From positions 1 through 64,000 of the forward strand of contig PDIP01000069.1 in assembly GCA_002811645.1 (NCBI GenBank): a DNA stretch of 64,000 nucleotides, read 5' to 3'. Positions within the stretch are counted from its first letter, which is position 1; every line of letters begins with the position of its first letter. The stretch comes from Corallochytrium limacisporum Hawaii (Eukaryota; Protista; Pluriformea). The notes under the pieces are model-generated. The model ran no database searches. It was given only the letters and a program-made list of their open reading frames with translations, and had not been told where the DNA came from. Of this stretch, positions 42,275 to 52,973 are shown piece by piece. Both the position numbers and the translations under genes were made by a program.

Positions 42275-43447
42275 ATGAATCTCGACCGCCAAATCCATAC
42301 AGCTTTGCAAGGAGGCCATTTCCATTATACGACTCTCAAAGACCGGCTAACCAACACTGCTGAAAAATTGTGGGAACTGCAAAATAGAAGGACTGCAAAT
42401 GGTATCTTCGTGACCACGGACGAAACTCTCACCGAAGACCTTTTCGTTCTCCCACAATGGCGAGGCCGGGCACATGAACTTACCTCCGTGAACCTTGATT
42501 GCTGTGGACTGACGGCCATCCCAAAGTCTCTTCAGGTATGCCACAACTTGAAACACTTAGCAGCTGGACAAAATCTGATCCGTATGTTACCTGAGGAGCT
42601 GCTCGAAGCCATAACAAACTCCATCGAATACATTGAGCTGAGCCATAACCTTGTGGAAGAAATCTCCCCATCCATCGGGATATTTTCCAAGCTTGGGTAC
42701 CTAGACTTGAGCGAGAATAACCTTAGGTGCTTTGAACTCAGAGGATCGACCCCATTGCCAAACCTGAGGAATCTGCGACTTGATGGCAACGATCTGCGAG
42801 CGTTCCCAACAGACATTTGTGCCCTTACAAATCTGGAGGAATTGAACCTGAGTGCTAACCGTATTCCCACAATTCCGGATAGCATTGCTTATTTGGGTAA
42901 GTTGCGGACATTATATCTCATGAACAATGAGATCGAGGTGATTCCCTTGGCATTCGGGAGCTTGTACCGCCTGGAAAAGGCCTTCTTGAGTAGCAATTGC
43001 ATCAGAGCAATTCACCCGGACGTCTTCCACACCCTCACCAGTCTGTGTTGGCTCTACATCTTTGACAATCAGCTGGAAGATTTGCCAGATTCCATTGGAG
43101 AATGCAGTAGTCTCCACCACTTGTACGCGCAGAAGAATCGACTGAGGACTTTCCCGGCTTCTGTCTGTCATCTGCGCAATCTTCACTTTGTCAACGTGTC
43201 CCACAACCAGATCACCAGTTTTCCCCTGGAACTGGGTCTCCTTGTGAATGTACAGCAGTTCACGTTTGATGACAACCCCATGATCTATCCGGATACAGAT
43301 CAATTGCGGGACCTTGGCATCATTGAGCATGGCCCGGGTGTCCGAGTGCCGCTGATCACGTTCATGGCAGGTGCCCTCTGGCAGGCCCAGAGGGCAGACG
43401 ACTATCAACACACAGATGACATGGATGTGTCCGCAACAGAACGCTGA
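42275..43447 (+). CDS. Leucine-rich repeat protein (about 11-12 LRRs), 390 aa
   Basis: Repeated LxxLxLxxNxLxxhP units and a C-terminal cap FDDNPMIYP. Confidence 0.9.
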   Translation: MNLDRQIHTALQGGHFHYTTLKDRLTNTAEKLWELQNRRTANGIFVTTDETLTEDLFVLPQWRGRAHELTSVNLDCCGLTAIPKSLQVCHNLKHLAAGQNLIRMLPEELLEAITNSIEYIELSHNLVEEISPSIGIFSKLGYLDLSENNLRCFELRGSTPLPNLRNLRLDGNDLRAFPTDICALTNLEELNLSANRIPTIPDSIAYLGKLRTLYLMNNEIEVIPLAFGSLYRLEKAFLSSNCIRAIHPDVFHTLTSLCWLYIFDNQLEDLPDSIGECSSLHHLYAQKNRLRTFPASVCHLRNLHFVNVSHNQITSFPLELGLLVNVQQFTFDDNPMIYPDTDQLRDLGIIEHGPGVRVPLITFMAGALWQAQRADDYQHTDDMDVSATER

Positions 43448-44927
43448 GCGACACGAAGATAATGACTCAATCACTCACTTACACATTCATACTCACTTGT
43501 ATTTGCACGCACACATACAGAGCTAGGCACAGGAACAGAAAACAGGGTACAGAGGCGAGTGGGTGGCAGCAGCGGCATGTGGAAGAGTGTTCCTACGCGT
43601 GTGCTCAGAGTTCCCATCCGCTGGAGGGGGGGGCAGCGCCAGTGGTCCCATGCACTGCATAATATACTGAACTTAAGCCCTTCCGCGGCAGATGACTCGC
43701 CGAAAGTCGAGAAGGCCCGGCGGCAATCAAACATTGGGGGCATTTCGCTGATCTGCTTAGTAGGGAAAAGTGCTATGTGAACCGCCATGGGCACCAGCGA
43801 TTGCCTTGGTACCAAAGAAGCATTGAGGAAGTTGGACAAGGAGGATACGGTGTGCGCAAGTCAACAATTAATTTACTACACAAAAGTCACCCTAAGTGTA
43901 ATATAAGCAATTTGCATTTGCGAACGCACAACCCGAATACGCGCACACGCAACCCTTTAGTGACAATAGATGGCCCGATCCTCTCGCCACCAGATAGTTT
44001 TCGGCCAGGGTTCCCTTGTGATGGATTTTGATCGGAGCACCTAGAAATTGTCCCTGCCACCGGAACCTATGCGTAGATTGTGAGTCCAATTTAATTGTGT
44101 GTAGAGTAGCGCATACCCAATTGTCCGTCTGGCCGTTGACTCTCTGGTGGTACCCTCATTTGCGGCGGTTGTAAACCCTAAACCAAAGCTCCGTGTCACT
44201 TTATTGACACAGCAAACCCCGCCTTTAGGGACAATGTGGGTCCCTCCCTCCGCCGCCGCAGTGTTTGCATTACACAAACAAAACAAAAAAAATGGAGTTC
44301 AATCACCCCTCCCCGTTGCGCCAATAACAAACGACCAACGCTTTCCCCGCACCCCTGCTGCTCTCCCACAAAAACTTCTCGGAATCGTTGCCACCTCAGT
44401 TGCCCGCATCAGTTGGCTTTTGGTTTCTGCGTAACAGGGTGGTGTCAATCGACACTCCCAAAGGCGGGAAAGAAGCCAGTCTGCGCAAACCAGAGTTTAG
44501 ATAAGAGGGATGCGGGAGGGGGAAATGTGTCTGTGAGGAAACTAAGTCAGTACCAACTGTGTCAGTTACACGTAACCGATAGCATCTCATTGTTAGTCAT
44601 CGTCTTCATTTTTCTAGGCAGGGGACCAAACACTACCCAACAATTGCGGCGACACAAACGAAAGAATCGCAGTGCTCATACTTTCACTTAGGTCGTGCAA
44701 AAGGCCCGGGGGGGGGGGGGAGTTGGGGTGAACGTGAAAAAAACACACATTTCGGATCCTGTGTGGTCGCATGAAACTCATTGACTCTGCTACTTTCTGA
44801 TTTGTTCATTGTGATGAGACCTACTTCAGGCCTTCACAGTGAGTAGCCTTGTGTACAACTGACCTGTTTCCACAGTTTTCGAGATCGAACAATTTCGGAT
44901 AAGCATTGTATCACATCGCTCACAAAC

Positions 44928-45470
44928 ATGACCACCCTGCTCCGTCGCTTCACTACTGTTGCTGCTGCCGGTGTTGCAGTTGCAGGCTTCTACAATGGGC
45001 CCCAGTTCATCGCTCACTGCAAGTCCCTCGTCGCCGACGCCGAGGTGGTGCGTCAGAAGTGGAAGAAGCTGGAAACCTTCGACTTGAGCGAGTACAGGTT
45101 CACCAAGGATATTGGTCCCTCGAAGGTCTACTACCCCCTCCAGAACAAGGAGGGTGGTATCTTCCGCCTGGCTGTTCGTGAGCACATCCCCTACTCTGCC
45201 GAGACCATGGCCCAGATCTGGTGGGACTTCCCCCGTCGTGTGGACTGGGAGCCTGAAAACACTACCTACTGCAAGGTCCCTGCGCAGGAGTCTGCCACTG
45301 AAAAGACCGTCCACTTGTTGACTGCACCCCGTCCCCTTGTCTCTCCTCGCGATTTTGCCTTCCGTAGCAACCGCTTCGATCTGCCCGGTGGCAAGATTCT
45401 GATGGTGCAGTCTGATTGCAGTGACGACGTTGAATGTGATCCCGTCGGTGTCCGTGGTAACGTAAACAGT
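44928..45470 (+). CDS. START-domain lipid-transfer protein, exon 1 (181 codons), with possible mitochondrial presequence
   Basis: WWDFPRRVDWE, PRPLVSPRDF and VRG START motifs; Arg/Thr/Ala-rich, acid-free N-terminus; followed by GTAAGT at a codon boundary. Confidence 0.85.
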
Positions 45471-46097
45471 GTAAGTATTGTTCATTGACGACTAGCAATG
45501 ATTGCGTCCGGGATTCGGGTACGTGCAAGACACGTTCTGTAACTTCTTGGAGCATGAAACATCCAAAGAAGCACCATCCAATCAGTTTGGGACAACCGGT
45601 ATATTCATGCGCGCAGGTGGGCTTCGGATTATCTTTCTAGAAGACTATCACTTCTCCCCTCTACGCTCCATCCTCTACCCTTCACAGTCACAGTCCACTC
45701 TCAACTGACTTCGATTGTGGTGAATCGGATGTCTCAGACAGGTGGGGGTTGCTTGCCTATTTACTGGGAAGTGTGTATCAGTGGGAGCGTTACGAACTCC
45801 CAGTGCTGCTGGACTTTCTACCCCAACCCCCCTAAACCCCCCGCCCCCAAGCCGGCCCGAGGCCTTTCTCGTTTATCGAAAAACGGAACCTGGCCAAAGA
45901 GGGGAACCTCCGGAGGGGGCTGGAGTCGAGCGGGAAGGTCAGCGGGAGAATCAAATCGCATGAGCATACGCTTGCTAGAATTGGATTGGTGTATTGGTGT
46001 TTTCTGCATATGTTCATTGCATGCTTTTTTTCATTCATTTTAATCAGAGACTAACCAAATTTGTTCAAATTTCTTCATTTCATCTTTCTCCCTACAG
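45471..46097 (+). other. Phase-0 spliceosomal intron (627 nt) in the START gene
   Basis: GTAAGT at 45471, GACTAAC at 46049-46055, long pyrimidine tract, first AG is TACAG ending at 46097. Splicing restores the START C-terminus. Confidence 0.88.
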
Positions 46098-46256
46098 TAC
46101 ATCATGTTTGAACCCACTGGACCTAATTCTTGCCGCGGAATCTACGCTGTCAACGCTCACCCTAACGGTTGGATTCCTGGTGCTGTTGCCGACGCCGCTG
46201 CTGATGACGCTGCCGCAGTCTTGAATCTGATGGTTGACTTCAAAGCAAGGCAGTAA
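46098..46256 (+). CDS. START-domain protein, exon 2 (52 aa; total 233 aa)
   Basis: YIMFEPTGPNSCRGIYAVNAHPNGWIPGAVADAAA...KARQ* contains the START C-terminal P.GWIP motif and final helix; codon usage matches exon 1. Confidence 0.85.
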   Translation, partial: YIMFEPTGPNSCRGIYAVNAHPNGWIPGAVADAAADDAAAVLNLMVDFKARQ

Positions 46257-46678
46257 GTCTTCCCAACTGCAATGCGCGCTTGCAATAAATGTAGTAAATC
46301 GCAATTTTCCAATATTCAATTAGAATGTCCTTGACTCTATGAATTCAATGCCAGATATTGTATCCACTTGTCACCTAATGATATTGATAAGTATGCATAC
46401 ATTAAATCTTAACTTCGAAGATTGTTTTGCTTTCGAGAAACAAATGCGAGTTTTAATCCGAGTCCCGGAACCACATATTATCCTACTTTGTTCGAATTCA
46501 GGTTTATAGTTGCTAAATCGTTAAATACAACAACTAGCCTGCAGTACCATCTGATAGAGCCACCTACTTTGAACTAGACTGGATGGGATAAGAGTTTCGT
46601 TTGAGGACAAGATCAGTCGTTTCGAATGCTTATAGGAGGAAATTCTAAAAGATTATCTTTGTATACATGAAACATGAA

Positions 46679-48481
46679 TTAGGCCAGGATGGGGTAGGCA
46701 GAGCGAGTGGCAATACCGCACATATTGTCCTGATTGCGGGCAATCTTGAAGTAGCCATTATCGCCCCAGAACTCGCTCCACGAGTTCTTGACAAGCCAGT
46801 AGTCGCGAAGGTGCTCAGGCAGGCTGGGGTCAGTGCCGTAGCCAACGATGGTGACAGCGTGGCCAGTGTCGTGACCGCACTCTTCATTGTAGTAGACTCC
46901 AGAAGAGTAGTAGATCATACCCGCTCCCTCAGGATTGTAGCCAATACCAACAGCACCCTGAGTGGCCACAGCGTCCTTCATGGCCTCTTCATCACCGTAC
47001 GGGATCATGACAACTTCCTTGATCACAGCGTGCTCCCAACGACCAGGAGAGTAATTGGGTTTCCAGCGGCAGAAGTCGGACATGTTCTCATAGGAACCGT
47101 ACGCATCCTCAGTGGCAATACCACCGGCATCCATGGCGTAGTACAACGCGAAAGGAACCTCACCGCCATCGCAACCGTTACTAGAGTAGTCCCAAGCACA
47201 GTCAAGGAAGTGCTGCTCGGCAAAGCTGACCAATTCGCCGTACTTCAGGAAGTATTGTGTCTCCACTGTAGCGGCGGCGGAAAAGGTCCAGCACGAACCG
47301 CACGCTACCTGGTCCTTCACCCGGCCCACAGCAGAGATTGTACGATAATCGACAGCCTCGGGCAACTCCTTGCCAGACATTTGATGGAATTTCCAAGGTT
47401 TGTGCTTCTCAATGGCCGGAGGGTAGGTGTCCTTGAGTGGGTAGCCCTTGTCATCAGGATCACCCTCGGCGTCATGCATAGCCTTTAAGGCCCAGTCCTT
47501 GTTCTTCTGGCTCTGACCAGCACATTGGAGAATGTGCTTCAGCTCCTCCTTTTCTTTATCTGCAAACTGGTTTACGGCGAAGGTGGTGAAGTGGTTGTCG
47601 CGGTTCAGCTTGTTGATCTCAGCGACGTTCTTGCGGTAGGTCTGCTCCCGAACTGCGTGCTTCTCCATGTCATCGGCGTAGGTCCAACCGTGCTTCTCGA
47701 CATGGGCATCAAACTTCTTACCAACGCGGTCGACAGCATCCCGGACCATCTTGAGTTCGTCCATCACAGCGCTATGGTGGTCAACGCGGTCGTACGGACT
47801 CTCGGAGCACCCAGAGGGCGGGGTGAGCATGGACTCCTCAGCGCCGGACTGGAAGCTGTGGTAGTGCAGAGCGTAGTGATCGTAGTGAGAAGTGAAAGTA
47901 AATTCGTATCCCACAAAGTGCCACAGATGGGGAGTGTTCTCAGCATCGTCAAAGGCCCAGAAGGCGTAGGTGTTGGTTCGGGTTTCGACGTGCTCGAGGG
48001 CAAGCCACTTGTTACAGGTGGCGTGGGGGTCCTCGGGGCATTGTTCCTTGCCGACATATGAGTACTTGTCAAAGTCAGGGAGCATGCCGCCCTCAGAATC
48101 GAGGATGTAATCAGACACGTAACAAGCCATGTGATCCTTGGTGGGACGTGTCTCCCAAACCAAGTTCTTGCCGTAGTCCATGACGTAGTTGGCCAAATTG
48201 TCGTAGTAGACGACATTTTCGCGACGTCCAGGAATGTCGACATAAGCGGTCAGTTTTTCCTCGAGGCGGGCAGCCTTGACCTCAAAGGTAGCCTCAATGG
48301 TGTAGCGATCTGGGTAGGCGGGCTTGAGTTTCTTGCCCTGGTTTTCATCGCTAACCTGGACGGTGTGGCCCCAGGTATCGTTAACCTTCTCCAGGCTGGC
48401 AGCGCTTGGCCGCTGGATTTTCTTGGCCTCCGTGGCAACGCCGGCCAGGCTGGCCAGGGCGACGGCAGCGAAGAACTTCAT
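46679..48481 (-). CDS. Papain-family (C1A) cysteine protease of the 26/29-kDa proteinase type, 600 aa
   Basis: Signal peptide, long N-terminal extension, I29-like prodomain (REQTYRKNVAEINKLN, FAVNQFAD), intact catalytic motifs QVACGSCWTF, GHAVTIVGYG, WLVKNSW. Confidence 0.92.
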   Translation of the reverse strand: MKFFAAVALASLAGVATEAKKIQRPSAASLEKVNDTWGHTVQVSDENQGKKLKPAYPDRYTIEATFEVKAARLEEKLTAYVDIPGRRENVVYYDNLANYVMDYGKNLVWETRPTKDHMACYVSDYILDSEGGMLPDFDKYSYVGKEQCPEDPHATCNKWLALEHVETRTNTYAFWAFDDAENTPHLWHFVGYEFTFTSHYDHYALHYHSFQSGAEESMLTPPSGCSESPYDRVDHHSAVMDELKMVRDAVDRVGKKFDAHVEKHGWTYADDMEKHAVREQTYRKNVAEINKLNRDNHFTTFAVNQFADKEKEELKHILQCAGQSQKNKDWALKAMHDAEGDPDDKGYPLKDTYPPAIEKHKPWKFHQMSGKELPEAVDYRTISAVGRVKDQVACGSCWTFSAAATVETQYFLKYGELVSFAEQHFLDCAWDYSSNGCDGGEVPFALYYAMDAGGIATEDAYGSYENMSDFCRWKPNYSPGRWEHAVIKEVVMIPYGDEEAMKDAVATQGAVGIGYNPEGAGMIYYSSGVYYNEECGHDTGHAVTIVGYGTDPSLPEHLRDYWLVKNSWSEFWGDNGYFKIARNQDNMCGIATRSAYPILA

Positions 48482-49146
48482 GGTGATTAGGCTTTGTTGA
48501 CTCTAAACTGTAACCCTTCAACCTGATGGGGAAGGATAAGGAAGGTTATGCAAATCCACGGTACCTAGTACCTTACTTAATGACAGACACGAAAACAAAA
48601 ACAGGATCGACTCAGTATACCGCTACACAAATAAGTACACCTAGATCAAAAGCTTCCGAGGATGGTATCACCACCAGCGCCAATCTTGTATTCGTCCTTT
48701 TCCGTTCCCAGAGTCTTGTATCAATGGCACTCCCAATGAGAAACCTTGCACACAACAACAAAGTCCGACAGTCACGGAAGGAGAAGTAAGAACTGGCGTT
48801 TCAGTCCCGCGCACAGGCGGAAATTGTTTCATTGTCTCAGTATCTGTCCAGTGCCCCCTTCCCAGGAGGCTGCGGGTGTCCTCAGTTGATCTCTTGCAGA
48901 CGGGAAAAGTCCCCCCAGCTGGTCACGGGAAAATTTGCGCGTAAAAATTCAATAGTTAATGTATGAGTGAGTCTCACCAAAGAAGCACGCAAGTGAAAGA
49001 TACTGGACACGGACACACGCACTCGCACGACAGATGCACCCGATGTTGGGATCGAGGCAAACACTCTCATTCCAATCTCCGAGCATGTAATTCGGGAGAG
49101 TGTGTAGTTGCAGATCCAGTCGATGAAGCTTTCCGAGAAGTGCTAT

Positions 49147-49203
49147 CGCGTGTATGTGCGTGTGTGTACGTATGTGCGTGTGTGTACGTATGTGCGTGTA
49201 TGC
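49147..49203. repeat. 18-bp tandem repeat (gtatgtgcgtgtgtgtac, ~2.7 copies), alternating purine/pyrimidine
   Basis: Units start at 49152, 49170 and 49188. Confidence 0.8.
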
Positions 49204-50411
49204 CGTCCGATTGCCTTCCATCGATCGCCAAAGAATGAAACTAACCGTACAACACTTGCGGGCCCTCTACCATTTTCCCAAATCAATCACTCTCCGATGA
49301 CGCAAACCGGGGCAGGAAAATGGCTTCTAAACAAATTTGTTCGCCTCGATTGCCACAGTTTTGGCTGCTTTCCTCTGTGTTTTCATTTTCAATTGGGACT
49401 TACAGGTCTCTTTGCTTTGTATTTGGTAATGTTTGGCCTTGTGCCATTGTGATGCTGGGAAACGGACGAGCAAAGGCACTGGGAGTTTAGATCTGACTAA
49501 CCCACCTGACCCGCACCGTACACTGAATATAGCCAACGAACCCGTGTGAATCTCCTGCGGCTTTGGGTAGAGGAGGGGGGGGGGGTTGTCAGAAAACAAG
49601 CAGAACCTGAGGTGTCGGCGACAGCACAAGTGCACAGTCAGTACGGATCTAAGGTAGAGGGGCTGATGATGTGGTGCTGAATCTCGGGGAATGGTTTGTG
49701 GGTGTGTGTGCCTGTGCGCGCGTGTGTGTGCTGAGAGAAACTCTGCGCAAGCAGGCACTGCCAAGTTGGACAAAGACTCGTTGGTAGGCCGCACCTGCGG
49801 GATACACTCAGTTCAGGGACGAAAAGCAAGGTTGAACCAATTGGAGCCCAGCCCCATAAGATAAATGGATATGTAGGTTTTGTACAGCTTGGAGATGTGA
49901 ACCCATGTTCTTGTATTTGTGTATGTAACCGGTGAGTGTACGGATGAACTTAGAATGCCTTATCATGTGTGGAGCAGTTCTCGATGATGTCGATGGGAAA
50001 AGGATTGATGAGCATGATGAAACCCCCTGGAATAGGGGACCAAACCGAATTGACAGCATAACCCACTGGTCCCAACTGCGCCAAAATGCGCGGTAGAGAA
50101 GAAAGAGGGGATATTCACGAGGGCGCACGCGTGTGGGGGTTGGGGGCGGTGGAGGTAGGACTATTACGACCTCTGTCCCCGGCCCCAACCGTGTCCTTGG
50201 GAGCAGATGAAGTGCAGTGATAGCACAGATGACAAATGGTTCAGGGCGCGATATGCGGTAGATACATGCGTTAGAAGACAAAAGAGTACTACAACCAGCG
50301 TTTGATGTGAACGAGTGTACAAATCATTGCTTACCAGCCAGGAATAAATCCTCATCAATTTATTCTCTTCCCATGGGCTGCCGTATGGTTCCGGATGGCC
50401 AGATTCGCATA

Positions 50412-50453
50412 TGGATTGGCGTTGTGTGGATTGGCGTTGTGTGGTTTGGCGTT
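50412..50453. repeat. 15-bp tandem repeat (tggattggcgttgtg, ~2.8 copies)
   Basis: Units start at 50412, 50427 and 50442; two contain an inverted CCAAT. Confidence 0.8.
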
Positions 50454-51527
50454 CATGGAGAAGTGTTGGTATTCTTGCATTGCAGGACCAACTGGTAAAA
50501 CCTTACCATGCTTTGCGTGCGTGTGGTATGTTTCTATTGTAACAACCTAAGAAACGATGGCTATGCACACGTGTCTGGGTGTTTGTATGCGTGAAGAGAT
50601 CTATGCGTTTTCCTTTATGTCTGCCGTTCCTTGTTTTGTGCAGTGAGCCATTCTCCCGTGTTCCTCGATGATTGTGAGTGTGTAGGATAGAATTTGCTTC
50701 GGATTTTCTCACAGAGTTCCATAGGGGTCGTTAGCTGCCAGTACAAATAGGTAGAACACATTCGTAGACCTGAGAAACTGAGAAACATAGTCTATTCTTT
50801 TGATTTTTTGTGTGCAACTACTTCTGAGCTGTTGTGGACAATGTGCTCCGTACTTAGGGGCGGTCACTTCAGGACGTAACAACTAACCGCCCACTACTCG
50901 TATAATGAATCTACCAAATTTCGTGTGTGGGAAACTTTGTGGATAACGGCAATGGTGCAGGAAACAGAATCATTCTTCGGGAGACGACAGAGGAACAGGA
51001 AACGAAACAGGAGGTTTCACCGTTTCCTATACTTTTTATATGGCAGAATGCTGGCAACAGGGAACAAGTGTTCACTGATTATTCGTTCAGAACCGGGTTT
51101 TGCAAGCTTTTCGCAATTGAAAATTTAATTGCCACGGAGAAGTCCGCTTGGTTGAAGGTAGGCGGACCTCCAGCAAGCTCTGCGACAAAAAAAAAATTAC
51201 GGCCACGGTTCAGTTTCATGGTGGCGGAGATCGACGAAAAGGTGCCGATCCTCGAGATCTGGCCGGGACGACGGAGTGTAGGTGAAGATTGGCATTGATG
51301 AGATGGAGATGGACTGACAGAGACGGTATGTTCCGTATGGAGTCACAGATGTCCACACGCATTTCGGGATCATGTTCATATACACATGTGGGAACCACAG
51401 AAATCTACGCTATGACTGATTCGTCCGGATGTGGATGGACTATTGAATGTAAGCATCTAATGGAAAATTGACATGCTCAGCATGTCGATTACAATGTCGT
51501 CGATTCTGCGATTGTGCAGTTCTCATT

Positions 51528-52973
51528 CTAGTCAGCAATCACTGCCTTGTCGGATGAAGTGTCCATCCATACTTCTGTGGACTCCGCAGAGAAATCCGAT
51601 ATTGACCGAGCAAATGCATACCTGCCCCTTGCAATGATCAGCGCAACGCCGCTGAAGAAAACGCCGAGACAGGCCCATATGAGAGCTAAGCGGTAGGCCC
51701 ACTCAACACCACCGCCAATCTGTGCAGCTAGTCCACACAGGAACGGGCCCAGGAAGAAACCGAATATATTCAAGAACACCGCAGATACACTGCTTGCCAT
51801 GGACCGGAAGGCACGAGGGGCAGAATTTATGATCAGGCCAGTGGCTATGGGCACCACAGAGCCGCCGAAGAACAGCAGGCCCCACAACCCAATGACGACA
51901 CCGATTAAATTCATGACCAGCAGAGCAGGCACCGTACACGCGCAGGCAGCCAAGGCCAGACCAAAAACTGTTCCGACCGGCACAGCGACCTGGGCACCAG
52001 CATATCCCCCGAGACGGTCCATGAACCATCCGCCAAAGATGACACCGCCAATCGGAGCGGTGGCGGAGACAAAGGAGAATGAGTAAATGACTTCGGCACG
52101 CGGGATCTCCACGTACGTCTCCAGGTATGGCGTGACCCAGAGCTGAATCCCGGTCACCACAAAATAGACGGTGCACAGACACAGCACCATGCCGATATAC
52201 ATACCGTCCTTGAGGACATGGACGGCCTGCTGGAACAATGACATGTTGTAGAGTTCCCTGTTCTGCTTATGTTCCTGAGTGAGTTCCTCGGACTGTTCCT
52301 CGAATTGTTGGTCCAGGTCCAGCAGACGGTGTGGTACAAAGAATAAAGACAGGACTGGAAGGAAAAGGGCACCGACCTGAACATAGAAGGGCACTCGCCA
52401 GTCCACGTCAGCATGCGTTGTCAGGGCTCCAGCTATGATGTACCCCAGAGTAATGCCAATGGGCACACCAGCTTGGATAATACCCATCCAGATTGTACTC
52501 TTGGCTTCCGGCGAGAATTCATGCACCCAGACGGGCATGTAGACGACCATGGGCGCTTGTGTGATGCCAATGCAAAGCCGACTAAGCATCATGGTGTTTG
52601 CATCCGGACTAATTGCAAACATTATGTTGGCAATGACATTGGCAATCATGCTATACGCAATGACCCGCCGTGTGTGGTACTTTTTAAACAGGGGGCTAGC
52701 GCTAAAGGACCCGACACACAGACCCAGATATGTCATGCTGGCCAAACTTCCAGTTCTTGCAAAGCTCATGTTCATCTCGGCCATGATTCGGGTGACATTT
52801 GCAGCAATGGCACCCGCATCAAAGTTGATCAGGATGTTTATGATACATAGTGCGGCAAACATGCCTTTCCTATCGCGCAGTGGCTGTAAGCTACCCACAT
52901 TCTCTGTCAGAGACGACTCGGACCCCACGGACGCTCCCGAAGCCCGAGAAGTATCTACTACCTTCGCGCCCAT
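51528..52973 (-). CDS. Spinster-like major facilitator superfamily transporter, 481 aa
   Basis: INILINFDAGAI, SRLCIGITQA, PVWVHEFSP, PIGITLGY, WRVPFYVQ, GGWFMDRLGG; about 12 hydrophobic segments. Confidence 0.88.
   Translation of the reverse strand: MGAKVVDTSRASGASVGSESSLTENVGSLQPLRDRKGMFAALCIINILINFDAGAIAANVTRIMAEMNMSFARTGSLASMTYLGLCVGSFSASPLFKKYHTRRVIAYSMIANVIANIMFAISPDANTMMLSRLCIGITQAPMVVYMPVWVHEFSPEAKSTIWMGIIQAGVPIGITLGYIIAGALTTHADVDWRVPFYVQVGALFLPVLSLFFVPHRLLDLDQQFEEQSEELTQEHKQNRELYNMSLFQQAVHVLKDGMYIGMVLCLCTVYFVVTGIQLWVTPYLETYVEIPRAEVIYSFSFVSATAPIGGVIFGGWFMDRLGGYAGAQVAVPVGTVFGLALAACACTVPALLVMNLIGVVIGLWGLLFFGGSVVPIATGLIINSAPRAFRSMASSVSAVFLNIFGFFLGPFLCGLAAQIGGGVEWAYRLALIWACLGVFFSGVALIIARGRYAFARSISDFSAESTEVWMDTSSDKAVIAD

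Noticed and set aside
46253-46258. GTAAGT overlapping the START stop codon as a further donor
   Set aside because: No branch point downstream, and the START domain is already complete at the TAA.
48903-48916. GAAAAGTCCCC resembling RNase MRP CR-I
   Set aside because: No matching CR-V (GGGGCT in context) or closing P1 helix at a suitable distance.
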